Notes: generated by a model from the sequence alone, not told the origin. DNA of 59,280 nt, filler included, from Basidioascus undulatus (GCA_000826855.1; 4 parts of 4 records of this genome joined end to end with filler, not necessarily neighbours in it); one strand, 5' to 3'. Counted from the whole stretch's first letter, positions 1-13,367 are shown. A program made the numbers and translations.

Positions 1-198
1 AGCAAGAGAAGTTCGCTGGAGAGCACCTTCGGGAGTTTGAGGAGGAGGAGGAGAGGGAGAAGAAGCAGAAGAAGTACGTCTGCATGTCCGTTGTGTTTTA
101 TGCACATTTCGGCACATCGTCTGACACAACCCACTGTCCACAGGCCCAAGAAGGTTGTCCTCCTCGAGAAGAAGCCCGAGTATAAGAAATCCGACTGA
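1..198 (+). CDS. 3' end of an unidentified gene (two terminal exons, truncated by the contig start)
   Basis: Open frame QEKFAGEHLREFEEEEEREKKQK. GTACGT donor at 74, CTGAC branch and CAG acceptor at 143, then continues in frame PKKVVLLEKKPEYKKSD to TGA at 196-198. Confidence 0.55.
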   Translation, partial: SKRSSLESTFGSLRRRRRGRRSRRSTSACPLCFMHISAHRLTQPTVHRPKKVVLLEKKPEYKKSD

Positions 199-1199
199 GC
201 CACACCACTTGCGTTAAGTGTTCGAGGTGACGCAACCTGGCATTTTGACTGACTGCAGTCTGCTCATCCAGTCTCCATCTCATTACAGACTGCCCATCCG
301 TTCTGCGACCTTTCCCCACACTTTCTTGGATCTCTTAGAATATCACGCTTTCATCTATTTTCTCAACCCAATGTACATCTATACCCTAATGACACATTGC
401 CTTATTTTCTCGGATTTCTCAATACAATGATGTTGAGTCTTGTGCTATTGGTTATGATGTGAATCATTCAACTCTATGTTTGCATGACTTGCAGTACTAC
501 GGCACGCGGACTCGAAGAATGGCGAAAGAAGATGTAAACAGGCAGCACAGGCCTGCCCTATTCAAGCGTTTTCGTTGGGTGAAGATTTCCTGATATTCCC
601 AGTCCGCCGAGTCTTTGGCAGCATTCTTCAGCCTCACAATTTAAGTGTTTCTGAATTGATCCAGATCAACAACAAGCAAGGGGTGTGCTCGGCGCCAATG
701 CTGTACCGTCTCGTGTGTGCCGGAAGAGAAGCAGACGTGCTCCTTCAATCACTCTTGCAGGAAGACTGCAGGTGAGAGCCGTTAAGCTGGAACTCCAAAT
801 CGGAACCCCAACGCACCTGACCGCAATGTCTGATCATTCACTGAAAGCATCGCAGAGTACGAGCTCCAGTTTCTTCCGATACAAGCCTTGATGCTAATGG
901 ACAATAACAAACATAGTCTTCTATAGCTGTGAAATGATTCATTGTATGTAAGCATCCATATGATGCATATGCCAATAGACCCGTCACCGCTTCTCAATAT
1001 GCACCCATCGGGAATCGACATGCTCGAGTTTGACTGCCACCACACCGTGCTCCGTCCAGACGCTGAAAACCGCCCAGTCATTCCGGCGACACCAGCAAAG
1101 CTTTTCGAGTTTCGGAAGGGCTTGCTTATATGACTTTGTTTGGTCAGAAAGAGCCTTCAGGTAATCGTTGTCGTTCAGATCTCTCGCGAGGATACGCAG

Positions 1200-2056
1200 G
1201 CGATCCAGCGTAGCCGAAAGGCAAAGCCGCCGTAGATCCGCGAGTAGTGAGAGTAACTACCAAACATTATATTGGAGCAGGTATGGTGGACGCAACTATG
1301 TCAGCGAAGACCGGGGATGTTCGGAACGAGGGAAGAAGACGTACGGCTGCGTCAGGCTCAAAAGTGAGTTGACCGTACAGGAACATTTCCAAACACTACA
1401 AGTTGGGATTTATGGAATAGTTTTATGAGATCCTCCGCGGTATGCTCGAAACCGGTACAGGTCAGATCAACGACGAGAAGCGATACGCTTGCTAGCGCGT
1501 CGATGAGCTGTGCAAGCTTGCCGGGACCCGTCAGCCCTTTGGGTGACGCCGGACAGAGGCGCTTGAGAGTAGGGAAGTGAGAGAGATCAAAGCGGGTCGT
1601 CTCTCCCTCGTAGGGAACGTGGTGATGGTCTTGAATGACCCGAGCCCTGTTAGGTCCCACTGTTCCGTTGTCCGTGCACTGGCCGCAGCCACAGACACTG
1701 CAACGAGTTGCAGTTTTGAAGCAAGCGGTTCAACGCAGCACCATCAATTTGTTTTCTTCGAGAATCTCAAGAGTCCTATGAAAGCCGTCGTTAGGTTATC
1801 CAAGAGCTCAAGAATCACATCACATCGCGACGCACCGGACCAGCCTTCCCATGTCTCTAGGCCCTCATCTGAACAGAAGAATGCGAGCTTCTCGGATGAA
1901 CGCAATGGAATAATAGGGGCAAAGAAACCATGGGACACAAAGCCAGCACGGCTCCTGAGATGTCCATTCTGGGGGAAGGTAGCATCGCCGGTAGACGTGC
2001 AGGTGCAAAGCGATCTCGCCGAGCAGCTCGAGCGGCAGATCCGAAAACGTAGCCAT
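1200..2056 (-). pseudogene. Degenerate F-box-like protein gene (frameshifted)
   Basis: ATG at 2056 opens an F-box-like motif (MATFSDLPLELLGEIALHL). The plausible continuation (LPLLFHCVH / RSSEKLAFF / FDLSHFPTLKRL) is scattered over several frames with stops and no clear introns. The lower boundary is approximate. Confidence 0.45.
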
Positions 2057-2817
2057 GATGGGGTTGCGATGGAAGGCGAACGTAATGAATACCTTTTTCT
2101 GGTGCTATCGATGGGCTGTAGCGAAGCGGACGTCGTGGCAGCGATGGTGGTGGTAAGAGGAAAACAGGGAACAGACGGGCTGCGGACTCACCTGGACATC
2201 CGCCAGCAATCCTCGTTTTGTGCTGGGCATCCGAGGTAACTTGACGGTGGAACTTAGAACCGGGAGCGGCTTTCAAGGCAGTTTGAAATTGAAGACTTGG
2301 ACAATGGAGGGACTGACTGTTTCCCATGTCTCGCAAGACCTTGACGAAAGTTGGGCTCGAAAGATCGAAGCTGTCCGCGGCCTGTCCGGCCAGGTAAGTC
2401 CCATTCCGGTTGACAGATTCCGGTAGAGCAGAAAGTTTCCGTTTGAGCATATGGCAATTTTGCAGTAGACTCGGGAGCGTGCATGAACATGCATTCGTAT
2501 ATAGCTGGGAGACAGACAGCAAAGCAGCGGAAGGGAGATGTCGAGCGGGCTGTTTTCAACATGAGTATCTTTCGTGGACATGAAGACGCTAACAGAGAGT
2601 TGGTCATTGTATAGTATGAAGGAAGAAGACTACGCTAGACTGGAAGAAAGAGCGTGTTGCAGTTTGAGGCCGAAGCCGTACGTAATTGACGTTGAAAGAA
2701 GCCCAAACAGGATAAAAAGATTCGGTATCCAACCTATGTAGACGTAGAACGAGTAAGTCAAAGAAAAGCGACAACAGAACAAGCGTCCCAGCACTGGCGC
2801 TGCCTGTCCCCAGCCGC

Positions 2818-5163
2818 TCAAGGGGAGCTCCAACTTTGCGCCTTGTGCAGTGAAGCTGCGCTCCTGCGGCTCTCCTCCTCCTCCTTCTCGAGCTGCGAAG
2901 CGATGCAGCACGCCTGCACGAGCACATCAAGCGAGCGGGTGCGACGGTCAGCCAGAGCGGCGGACGTGCTCGACAGGCGCGGCGGCGAGTCCTCGACGAG
3001 GAGGCGGTCGATCGCCATCGGCCGACGCTTGGACCGGCGCAGCGACGGCGACTCGTCGATCGTCGTTAGCGCGCGGGCGGAGAGTGCCCGGGGCCTCTCG
3101 GGCGGAGTGAGCAGCGCGGCGTGGGCGGGAGGAGGAGGGGTACGCGGTGGCGGCGGAGGGGTCACCGGCGCAGAGATCGAGCTGACCGTCGTGCTGGTTG
3201 TTGCTGTCGAGGCGGAGGATAACGCGCGCGGGCGGGTGGGACACGTCAAGCGGGGCTGGCTCTTCCCTGGCGAGCGGTAGTTGAGGCGACCTTGGCTATG
3301 CACCATCGCAGCGGCAGCCGGCAGTCAGCGGCCGGTCGCATGGCCGATCAAAGCAGGTGGACGGGCGACCTTACAATTTCTTCCCTGGGGTGGTGTCCTC
3401 CTCCGTCGGCGCAAGCTTGTAATGACCCGGAGAGCGCCCGCGCACGATGATCGGGATCGACGTCGTCTGTGCGACCGCCACGAGCTCCGGCGCCTGGCCG
3501 GGTGCGTCCGCGTCGACGTGCCCAAGGAGCGTGAGCGCCAGGATGAAGTACTCCTGCTTCGAGCCTTGCGGGCGCTTGCCATTGTTCCCGGTCGCGCGCT
3601 GGAACTGAAGACGCTGGAAGACGGCGAGGGCTGGAGAAGAGGCGGCGGCGGAGGAGGAGGAGCGCTTGGAGGAGGGAGTAGGAATATGCCCGCCGAGTGT
3701 AAGGGGAAGGTCGGGGGGTGCTTGGCGCGGTCCTGCGAAGCCAGCGCCGAGCGGGGCGTCAGACGAAGCGATGCGGAGAACGGGGTGAAAGAAGGATGGC
3801 CCACCCTTCTCGCGCTGGGCTGAAAAGCGTACAAGCTTCACAGGGGCCACCTCTCCGTGCACCTTGGCTTCGATGCGAAGCGACCAGCTCGCCACTGGGC
3901 GAAGTTCCTCCTTGGCCGCGTGCGGCAGCTGGACGAGTACGTCGCCGCCGAACCGCTCCGTCCCGGTCGCGGCCGACAGGTCGGCGCAGGCGGAGATCTG
4001 GAAGAAGTTCCGGCTGTGAAGGTGGACATGCGGAGAGCTAGCTGTCAGTCTCCAGGGCACCGAGTGAACATAGGCAAGGAGCGCACCGGTATGTGCTGGC
4101 GATGAAACCCTCCCGACCGGCCTTCCACTGAAACCTGTCAGAGAAACAGATATTCGTTTAAAGAGGCTCGCCCAAATCTGGGGTGGAAATGAAGGAAGAG
4201 GAGCACAGACGGACCCCTTGTCGACCGCGCAGCGGATTTCAGGCATGCTGTCCTCCCGCGCAACAACCTGTCAGATTCCTCCGCTTCTTAGCCGATGCGG
4301 CCCAAAATGAAACGAAGCTCACAGCGCCTCTCCATCCCCAGAGAACACACCCGCAATCCCGACGGTGTTCCCAAAGAAGGCCTCCTCACCACGGACGTCT
4401 GCGCCGTCCCGCGCGGTGCTGTCCTCATCGTCGGACGCGGAGGAAGAGGAATAGATAGCGTCCGCGCTGCCGGAGGTAAGCTTGACCGGGGAAGGGGTTC
4501 TCGGCGAAAATGGAGGGCCGAGAGCAGACGGGCTGAGGTTCGGTGGACTAAAAACGGCAGGGCAGTAGGGGCAGGGTAAGGAAAGAAGGTGGGAGCGAAC
4601 GGAGACAGCAGAGTCGGAGGCACTGACGTGAAGGAGAAAGCGCCGTCTTCATGAATGTAGGGAGACGACTGAGAAGGCCAGCTAGGGCTGGGTCGCGGGA
4701 GAGGAGTTGCAGAAGGAGCAGTCAGCACCGCGCACACTTCCACACCACCCCGCCCACAACGCGACTGACCTAGAGCGGTGGCGCCAGGCCTGGCTGACCT
4801 GCAGCCCTTCAATGCCCTTCGAGAGCCCGCTCGCGTGCAGCGAAGTTGGTACGTTTGACCGGTAGAGGGTCGGTGACGGGAGGGGGTAGGGATTGTAGCG
4901 CGACGACGGATGGCGATAGGGCGTGGAGGAAGGGATGTACTCGTGCGCGGGCTGCCAGGCGGGCAACGACGGGTCGAGAGGACCGAAAGACCTTCCGCTA
5001 GCATCAAGCGTCAGGTATGAGGAAGACGAAAAAGGAGCCGAGTGGAAAGCAGGACTCACGAGTTGGGCGAGGGGAAGGGCTCGGTCGGCGTGATGCGGCG
5101 GGAAGAGTAGGGCGTAGGAGAGGATGAGCGGGGGAAAGGGTAAGAAGATAGATACTCAGACAT
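2818..5163 (-). CDS. NDT80/PhoG-family (p53-like Ig-fold) DNA-binding transcription factor, multi-exon
   Basis: The spliced reading contains the family signatures PEIRCAVDKG...YRRNFFQIS, FSAQREKGG, FQRLQFQRATGNNGKR, EYFILALTL and SIPIIVRGRSPGHY, with Pro/Ser-rich flanks. GT-AG introns include 5059-4998 and 3374-3296. ATG at 5163, stop at 2818. Confidence 0.85.
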
Positions 5164-7023
5164 GAAGGATATCGTGCCGTGCCTAGGAGCTAGGCAGAGG
5201 GGAAGGTAAGCAGGAAGAGCGGGAGAAGGACTGTGGCAGTGGGGAGGAGGGCGGGGCCTAAGATCCTAGCAAAGGACGTGGATATTCGTTGAATGTAGCG
5301 TGCACCGGGCGAACAAGAAGGGCAAAACAAGGCAAGGAAAGAGGTCGTTTGTGCGGTTGGGAATGAGTCGTCGTAGGAGCAGGTCGTGGAGGAAAGAGAG
5401 GAGGCACGATAGACGTTGGATGACGAGTCGTCAAGCCCGATTCGCAGCGGCGACGGCGCAGATCATTTGCACTGCCGTCCTCCGGAGGACGGCTGAACCC
5501 TGAGCCCCGTCCTTCGGCGTCGCTTCAGCCCTCTACGGGTCTGTGCGCCAGGGGACAGCACTGCGCGTGCAACTTCTGTTTGAGGGGCGTTACACGAGCA
5601 GATGCGGAGGAGGAAGGCCGAGATGTTGGAGCGTGAGATGTTGAGTGAAGGAGAGGAAGAGTGTGCGGGAATTCGCCTGAGAAGGTTAGAAAGGAAGAAG
5701 TGTAGACGTCCTTCGGACCCAAGGTCGATCGACGGAGGGGGTGAGGCAGCGAATGTACAGACGGTAAACACGACAGCAGAGCGAGACGTCGATGAGAGCG
5801 AACTAGAAGTAAGTTGATAGATCTGTGAACACGCATCGCTTGACCTTTGATTTAGAATGTCCAAGGAGCCAAGTTGAGCGCGGTGTGATCTCGGTGACAG
5901 GGATGGGGAGAAATCGCCGTGAGTTGCGAGCTTCTCAGTGAGTGGACGAGACGGGGCTGAGCCGATAAACAACAACAAGCGCGCGCGTGACGACGCGTTA
6001 TGCGGGACATGATAAGGCCGAGATTGCGCAACAGCGGTATACGAGCAACCTTGAGGAGCGGCCGGGCGCAGTGGAGCGACCGAAGCGGGGAAGGCGTCGA
6101 GAGTCTACGAACAGCCTCGAGGCGAGGAGGATCCCCGGCGCGGAAGTCGTGTGGCTCCGACAAGAGAGGTCCAGCCATTGAATGGGATGTCGCGGAGGAA
6201 TTGCCAGGTCAGAAGGTCAAACTAGCAGGGAGGAGTATATTCAGGGCGTGTGAGCATGAGAGGGAAGGAGAGGAGGATAAGTGAGGAAGAAAACGAGGTA
6301 GGGCCGCTGGCTGGGACAAACAGTCCTTCCGCGCTGACAGCTGCGCGCGCATGAGTGCACTGTGTGTGACAGTGTTCCTTTTGTCGTCGCACAAGCTCTT
6401 TGTTCGCAGCCTCTCATCAAAAGTTGCACAAAAGCATTGACCAAGCACAGAAAACTCAAGAGCTTGAAATCGACGAGGTTTGTTTCGAGCAAGTCTGCGT
6501 CTGTACGGAATTGAACATGACTGTACGGTGCTTCCAGGGACTTCAACCCAGTCCCAGCATGTATGATTCCAGGCGACGTCCGTGTCGTCGATAATCCTAG
6601 TACTGATGAGTGCCCGCTTAGGTAGTACTTGTATACGGCGGATGCGGACCGGGTGTTGAAGCTCAGCGCCGCCAGACTGATTCGATAGGCTGGCCGCCGT
6701 GCAATCTGCAAGTCGGGCTTGAAACACAGGTGTCTGCCAGCTATGAGGTAGTTCAAGCATGCTTCGAAGTGTGTGATCTGTCTTCACGCACCGGTCGCGT
6801 ACGTGGAAAGTAATATGCGCGGAATGGCTGCAAGTCGTAGTGGTAATAGCACAACATCAATGGTACAATGCTAGTAGCAAAACATAAAAGCAAGATCATG
6901 ACCGGGGTCTCCTGCATCGCCCGACTCCTCAGTATAGGCTCCGTGACTTTTGAGAGCCCTCACCGTACCCCCCGGTGAGCCTCTCCGCTTCCCATAATCC
7001 CGAACCCAGTCAAACCCTTCACC

Positions 7024-7893
7024 TCACCGCCTCGCCCTTTTTCCACCTCTCCCCGTTCCGCCTGCACCAGCTTCCTCCGCGCCGTTGACCGCCGGTACAC
7101 CATTCTCCCGCGAGCCCTGCCCATCGAGCGCGCTCAGCCGCGCCTCGACGTTCGCGAGACGGTCGTTGTGGTTGAGCAGCACCGTTTGCAGCTTCGCGAG
7201 CTCCAGCGCGCTCGGTGGGGATGCTGGAGACGGTGCGGGTGCGGGTGCGGCGGGTGCCGAGGAGGGTGCGGGGTTTGGAAGGGTGGGGTTGATCGTTGGT
7301 GGACGGCCAAGCTGGTACCTGATGGGAGAACACCAAGTCAGATGAAGGAGGATTGAGCATATGTTGTAACAAGGGGGGCGGACACTGTCACATCTCCTTC
7401 GCCCATGTCGAGGGTGTAGGCGTCTCTGCGGAGGGGAAGGCCTGTGAGCCGCGACGGGACCATGATGGGGGAATTGGAACGCACCGGATATGGTCCAGTG
7501 TTCTCGGTGTTGTCCGGTACTGCTTCCCCACAACCTTCTGACACCGCCCACAGCTCAACATAGCATACGCGCTCCCCAGATCCGGGCCCTTTGTGCTCGT
7601 CACAAGATCGCCAGAGACGACCACATCGTCCGTCACGGCTACCTCCCAACATCCTTTAGCCGCGACGTCCATTGAGACAGAGACCTGGGATGTCCTAGCG
7701 TACAGGTAAAAGACGCGGCGGCCAGCAGCTGAACGGTGCTCAAGAACGCCAGCGAGTCGGCCAGAATGGTGCGGCACGCCGTGCAGAGGAAGACGACGGG
7801 CGGGGCCGGCTCCGGGGGTGCTGGAGGACCGGGGGTCGGCGGCGGTGAGTGGGAGAGCCGAGATGATGATGCGGCGGCGTGATTCGTGCTCAT
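7024..7893 (-). CDS. Mis18/Yippee-domain protein (probable centromere CENP-A loading factor)
   Basis: VVFLCTACRTILADS ... LSCGRCQKVVGKQYRTTPRTLDHIR-DAYTLD-YQLG: two CxxC pairs with Mis18-type spacing, followed by a C-terminal coiled coil (LELAKLQTVLLNHNDRLANVEARLSALD). Short GT-AG introns. Confidence 0.8.
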
Positions 7894-10001
7894 GGGTGCG
7901 AGAAAGCAAGAGGCGGGTTGGGTCTGCAAGGCGTTTGAGGACAAGGAGCGGAGGACGCGTCGAGGGCGCGACGTTCGCTTGGATTTTTAGTTTCGCGCCA
8001 GGAAAGCATGGAGAAGCGCCAAGAGCCATGGCTAGCGGGGGGGCGCCCGTCTTGACGGTCAGCAGGATTGTGTTTGTATGGAACACACTCTATATTAAAT
8101 GCCCGCATAATATGGCTCTTACAATAACCGGCTTGCTGTGATATCAGGCCGCATCACGTAGTCTGAGTTCCAGTCACCGCACCATCCTCAGCTGGGGCTG
8201 TCGTGCACCTACGTGAGCTCGTAACTCAATTTTGTCGCCTCAATGATCAGTTGGAGCAGCAGAAATTCATGTAAGATAGACCCGAAGGGGCACGCCCTAC
8301 AAAGGAAAGGCTCCCGGTCGCAGCAAACATGGGGTTTCCAAATCATCGACTGTGCCCTTCAATTACGTATCAGATCTGAGCAAAGAGGAAGAGAGGATCT
8401 ATGCAACACATTCCATTATATTTGATGCTGTAAAATCTTGCAATTGGGGCCTTGACCAGAACACATACGGTTGGAGCGGACCTTGTAGTCCACTTGCACC
8501 CGACTGACACGCACAAAACATAGTGAGTTCGAATCTTTGATCCCCGGAAATAACTCTCTTGAGATCTATTTCTCCTTCTTCTCTTCTGGAGATTTACAGT
8601 AAGCCGACCTGATGTGGACTGCTATGGGCTGACGATGCACTGTTTTGGCTTGTGGAAGTGGGAGGGTACTCAAGAAAGAGGAGGCGTTGGCAGGGAAATA
8701 TCTGCCCTTGATTTTCAACTTGTGGGGGAGATACCACGTTGGATACTGATTTGTATTACAGTCCAGGTAACTGTCTTGAGGAAGGTTGCACTGTGCGGCC
8801 CAAAGAAACTGGTGTGGGCTGTGAACGGGAGATGCTCGCAAGCAGGGTTTTCCAGCCAGCATGAATCCACAACGCAGCGTCCCCGGGCTTTTGAATGTAC
8901 CCGCCCTTCAGCCCTCCAGTACTCCTCTTGTACGATTCACGCTGGAAGAGCACATTAAGCTTGAGTGAGCCGCACAAGCCGTACGTATCTCTTCAGTTTT
9001 CACCGACAGGCTACTGTAACGTCGTTCTCGTGCATTCCTCAAGGTGACTATTATATAGGATATATAATAGGATGGACATATGAAGTACCACTCCAAATGT
9101 CAGAGGTATACAAAGGTGCGACTCAGAGTAGTCTCCGTCGCAGTCTCTTGCAACAGTCGGAAGAACGGTCAGAGAGGCCTGTGGAGCAGGTCGCCGCCGT
9201 TCACGCTGCGGCCGGTCGCATCCCCGACGGCCGGCTCCGACTGACGTTGACATTTGACGTTCTTTGCGGACTGCGACGCCGTGGTTGGAGAAGACTGAGC
9301 AGTTGAAAGATTGTACGCAAACTTTGTAGATCTTCATGCACGAGATTTTATTGTAGGCGACCAGCTGGGAATGCTCACAAGGTGCTCAGCAGGCACAATA
9401 TGCTCTTCGCTGTTAGTGCGAACGATAGTCCCGGCCTAGCGCTGATACAAACCACCCCGGTATTGTTGGGCAACGCCCACTAATATGAGCACAAATAGTG
9501 TCTCAAAGACGGCATAGGGGCTGTATTATGTAGCAATCCTTGCAGAGTCCAGACCCAAGAGCAATGACAAGCCATTCGCTCGCGTTTGTCCGCCACGATG
9601 ACCTTATTCTGAGAGTGTGACTTGTAGCTGTCGAGCTTTCTCAGCGATGAAGAATTTCTCGTCCGCTGTGTTTCCCTCCTGCTCGTTGCTCTTCATGCGA
9701 GAAAAAGAAAGCACACACCTATGAGAGAAAGGCGAGACTGCGACTGGCCAAGGTATTGCAACACGCTAACGGCCGTATAGCAAGATTTGAGGCACAGACC
9801 GAGCCAATTATTCTCTCGGCCGCCAGGCGGCCGACGCGGAGGCGCGCGTCGCGACCGAAATAAGAAGACACGGCTGCAGGATCTTGTCGATCAATCTGCC
9901 TCATCCTCAACCCTCCTCCTCACTCCTCCTCCTCCTAATCAATAACCCGCCCGCTCAGGCGCGCACGCCGCTCTTCTCTATCTATTCTGGCACACGACCC
10001 C

Positions 10002-10594
10002 ATGTCCCCCAAGCCGAGCGCGCACTCCATCAAGCCGATGGACGCAGCGTACACCTCCACGGTGTACGTCCCGCCGCAGGGGACGTTCTCGTACTTTGTC
10101 TGGCGCGCGAGGATCAAGTTTGAGGCCACTTGGGGGCTGGCTGTGTGAGTCTCTCTCCCTCGCACATCCTTGTCAGTCGGTCAGGTCGTAGCTGAGATGG
10201 GAACTCGTGCTGTGCGGGCTGGTGTGAAGCTTGGAACCTTGGGAAAAGGCGATGGTTGGTGCGTCTTCCTGTCCTCATCTCCATCTCATCCATCTCGCCC
10301 CTTCCCTCCCTCTCCTTCCCTCTCCCTTCCCCTCCGCGTCCTCCTCCTCACACCTCCGCCTCTGCCCTGACTTCCACAGTGACGTTCCTCATGGCCTTCT
10401 ACGCGCTCGTCCTGGTCTACACGATCTTCTACCTCCCGCAACGGCTCTCGCTCCTGCACGCACGCGCAATCTACTACCTCTTCGGATCCCACCACAGCGC
10501 CAGCGCGGGTACGACTGTGTTCGCGCTCGGGGCGGCATCGGGCGCAGCGAGCGGACCATGGCACCTGGCGAAGGCGTCAAACGGGTCGGCTTGA
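10002..10594 (+). CDS. Serine palmitoyltransferase small subunit (ssSPT/Tsc3-like), 3 exons
   Basis: YFVWRARIKFEATWGLA-LEPWEKAMV-VTFLMAFYALVLVYTIFYLPQRL...RAIYYLFG. The LEPWEK motif followed by a single TM helix and YLP is typical of the SPT small-subunit family. Confidence 0.8.
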
Positions 10595-11603
10595 CTTGCC
10601 CCTCTCGCCTCCTCCCCTCCTCCGCTTCCACACTGCTCCCCCCGCTTTTGTTCTTTCACCTCGGTTCCCTCTGCACCGCACCGTCGCTGCATCATACCTC
10701 ACCCGCCACCTCCACCGCATCATACCTCCCCCGCGACCGCCATCCACATCCTGCGCGCGTCCACACCTCCGCCCGTCCGCCAGTCGCCCTAATCCTGCTT
10801 ATACTCTACTGCTCTCTCGCCCTTTGTCACTACACGCCATTGTTGTACTATCCCACCCGCACCCTACACCACACAGCGTCGCATACATACGTTGAACACA
10901 GCCTTCCTCCCGCCTTCGACAGCGAGATGCAGGACGGCATGCTCGATCTGACTGAGCAGCGGCCTGGGCGATATGAATGTCGTCCTCGGCGCCCGAGTGC
11001 ACCGCCCTCCAGATCAAGACTGGGACTATACTCCTATAAATACAAGATTAACTCCACAGCGGGCCTTTTTCCTCCCCCCCCGCCTCTGAGCTCTCTTTAT
11101 CCGCGACTGCGCCCACAATTGCATCCTCGAGGCTCGCTGATGACTGACTGTGCAGTTTGTGAACACCGAGCGGACCGTCTCGTCCCGCCAGCGGCCTCGA
11201 TCACGCCCTTTAGGCCTTCAATCTCACAAACAAACATACACTACTCTGCCCATACGTTAGTCACCCAACTTCATATGCCACCGTCTACATCAGCAGGTCT
11301 CGAGCATCTCGCGGCTTTCAGGCTCCCGTCCAAAACGCGCACCGTCGTCGAAGGCGCGTTGTTGCTATTTGCTCATGATCCTGCTTTAGACTCAGCATCC
11401 GCCGCCGCCGCCGCCGGGTCGGCATCGCCGAAGCTGGCCCGCTTGTAAGTGTAGCCGGCCTCCACCTTCCTGATCAGGCACGACCCGTATGTCGACATCT
11501 CCAGCGCGCTTCGTATTATAACGCGTCATCCCGCCTTTGCCTTCTCTCTCATCTCAACCACACCACCTCACCCACACACAACAGTTCATAACTCGCATTC
11601 ACC

Positions 11604-12553
11604 ATGTCCGCTGACCTCAAGTACAAGCTCGGCGACTCCGTCCCCGCCGGCTCATTCAAATACATCGCATGGACGCCCGAGGCGGACGACCTGTGCGTCT
11701 TCTGTCTTTCCTTCCCACCCTCGCCTCGCGCCCGCCTCTCCTTCGGTACGGGACCGCTCAATTTCGGTGCGATGGGCAAAGGGCTGTCTGCGGTATCCCA
11801 CAGAAGCTGGACATCGAGAAGGAGTGGAAGGGCAAAAAGGTCGTCCTTGTTGCGTGCGTCTTCCCTCCCTCCCGCATCTCCGCTCTTCTCGCTATGCTGA
11901 CTCGCTGAGTGGTATGAATTAGTGTCCCCGGCGCGTTTACTCCTACCTGCCACGGTGCGTCTTTGATCTGGGAGAAGGAAAATGGACGCTGACTTGGGAC
12001 CTCCGGCACGGCCAGCCAACCACCTCCCCCCCTACGTCGAGAAGATCCAGGAGTTCAAGAACAAAGGCGTGGATGTAATCGCATTCATCGCTGCCAACGA
12101 CCCCTTTGTTTTATGTTAGTATTGTTTACTTTGCCTTCCATCTTCGGACGAAGTCCTTGGCGAGGTGCCTGGCGAGGTGCTGACGTCCAGTTGGGTACCG
12201 ACAGCCGCGTGGAACAAGGCGACCAAGGGCGCCGAGGACAAGATCCTTTTCCTCTCTGACGGCAACGCCGAGTGGAGTGCGTCCTATTTCCTTTCTTTCT
12301 CCGCTGACCCCCCCTATCATATAGGCCAGGGCGGCCAGGCGGCGAAGAAAGGCGTAACCAGCTGACACTCCCTGTTGATTACCCGCCAGGCAAGAAGCTC
12401 GGCCTCCACCTCGACCTGACCTCCAAGGGCTTCGGCGTGCGCACGAACCGCTACGCTGCGATCATCGACGACCTTAAGTTCTCCTACCTCGAGGTCGAGC
12501 AGCCGGGCGAGCTCAAGGTCTCGAGCGCCGAGACCGTTCTCTCCAAGCTCTAG
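11604..12553 (+). CDS. Type II (Prx5/Ahp1/Pmp20-like) peroxiredoxin with C-terminal PTS1 (SKL), 6 exons
   Basis: The spliced product has AVCGIP, KGKKVVLVAVPGAFTPTCHANHLPPY, AANDPFVLSAW, ILFLSDGNAEWSKKLGL and RTNRYAAIIDD, and ends VLSKL*. Five GT-AG introns. Confidence 0.95.
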
Positions 12554-13367
12554 ACGGCTGGAGACGTGGTCTGGACCTGACTCTAGATGCGGAGTGGCGC
12601 TAGAGAAAGGGGGAGGGGCAAAGAACAGTGAGGTGGGAAGAGGGTAAGGATTGATACACTGAGGGAGAAGTCGATTCTTGATTTGATTCTTCGTTGATCA
12701 TTGACTTGTTGCGAGCTGCGAGCATGGCTGCGCTGATAGTTCCCAGCAATACCACTGAACGTATTCGTTTAGGTGGCTTAGAACTCTTCGGTGTATCAGA
12801 CGCAATCTGGCAACGCAATCCTGTAACGCAATCTCGCAACCGGCCCTTCTCAGCGGAGAACCACGAACCCGGTCGGTCCGGCGTTCCTAACGTTTTCCCC
12901 ACTCCGTCGACGGCCTCCGCCCGGCCTATCAAACGATCCCGACTCCAGTCCCGCGGCTTCCCTTCGAACGCTCCTCAGCTACTCAATTCAACAAGCTCAG
13001 CTGATAACATTTGAGCTGACGCAGGCGTAGCACTCTCGCACGCGCCATAATCTCGCGCCATCCGCTCTTTACGTCCTCCTCGTGGCCACAATTCCGTGCC
13101 TCTCGTGCCCCAGCCTATCGCATAGCCCCCAGTGCAATTTCGATCGTCAAATGACCTGACTTTGCGATGGTCAGCGGTGCCAGGAACCACTGCGCCGCGT
13201 CGGATGCCGCATATCGCCTCACCTCGCACTTTCGAATTTTCATTCTTCTTGTCGCTTCGTTTGGTCCCCGCTTTCGCTCGCCACAGCGGTAAGCTTCAGT
13301 CAACGATTGAACCACAATTTCTCACCAGCTCTATCGAGCACATACTCACGAGCGCGAAACCGCCGAC

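Noticed and set aside
8500..8545. B-box-like GTTCGAATC suggesting a tRNA or SINE
   Set aside because: No acceptor stem, A box or cloverleaf can be built around it.
10231..11448. 405-aa ORF ending in PTS1-like ARL
   Set aside because: It runs through an intron, an out-of-frame exon, the pyrimidine-rich 3' UTR of the SPT subunit gene and the peroxiredoxin promoter. C-rich DNA lacks stops by composition, so the ARL end is probably chance.
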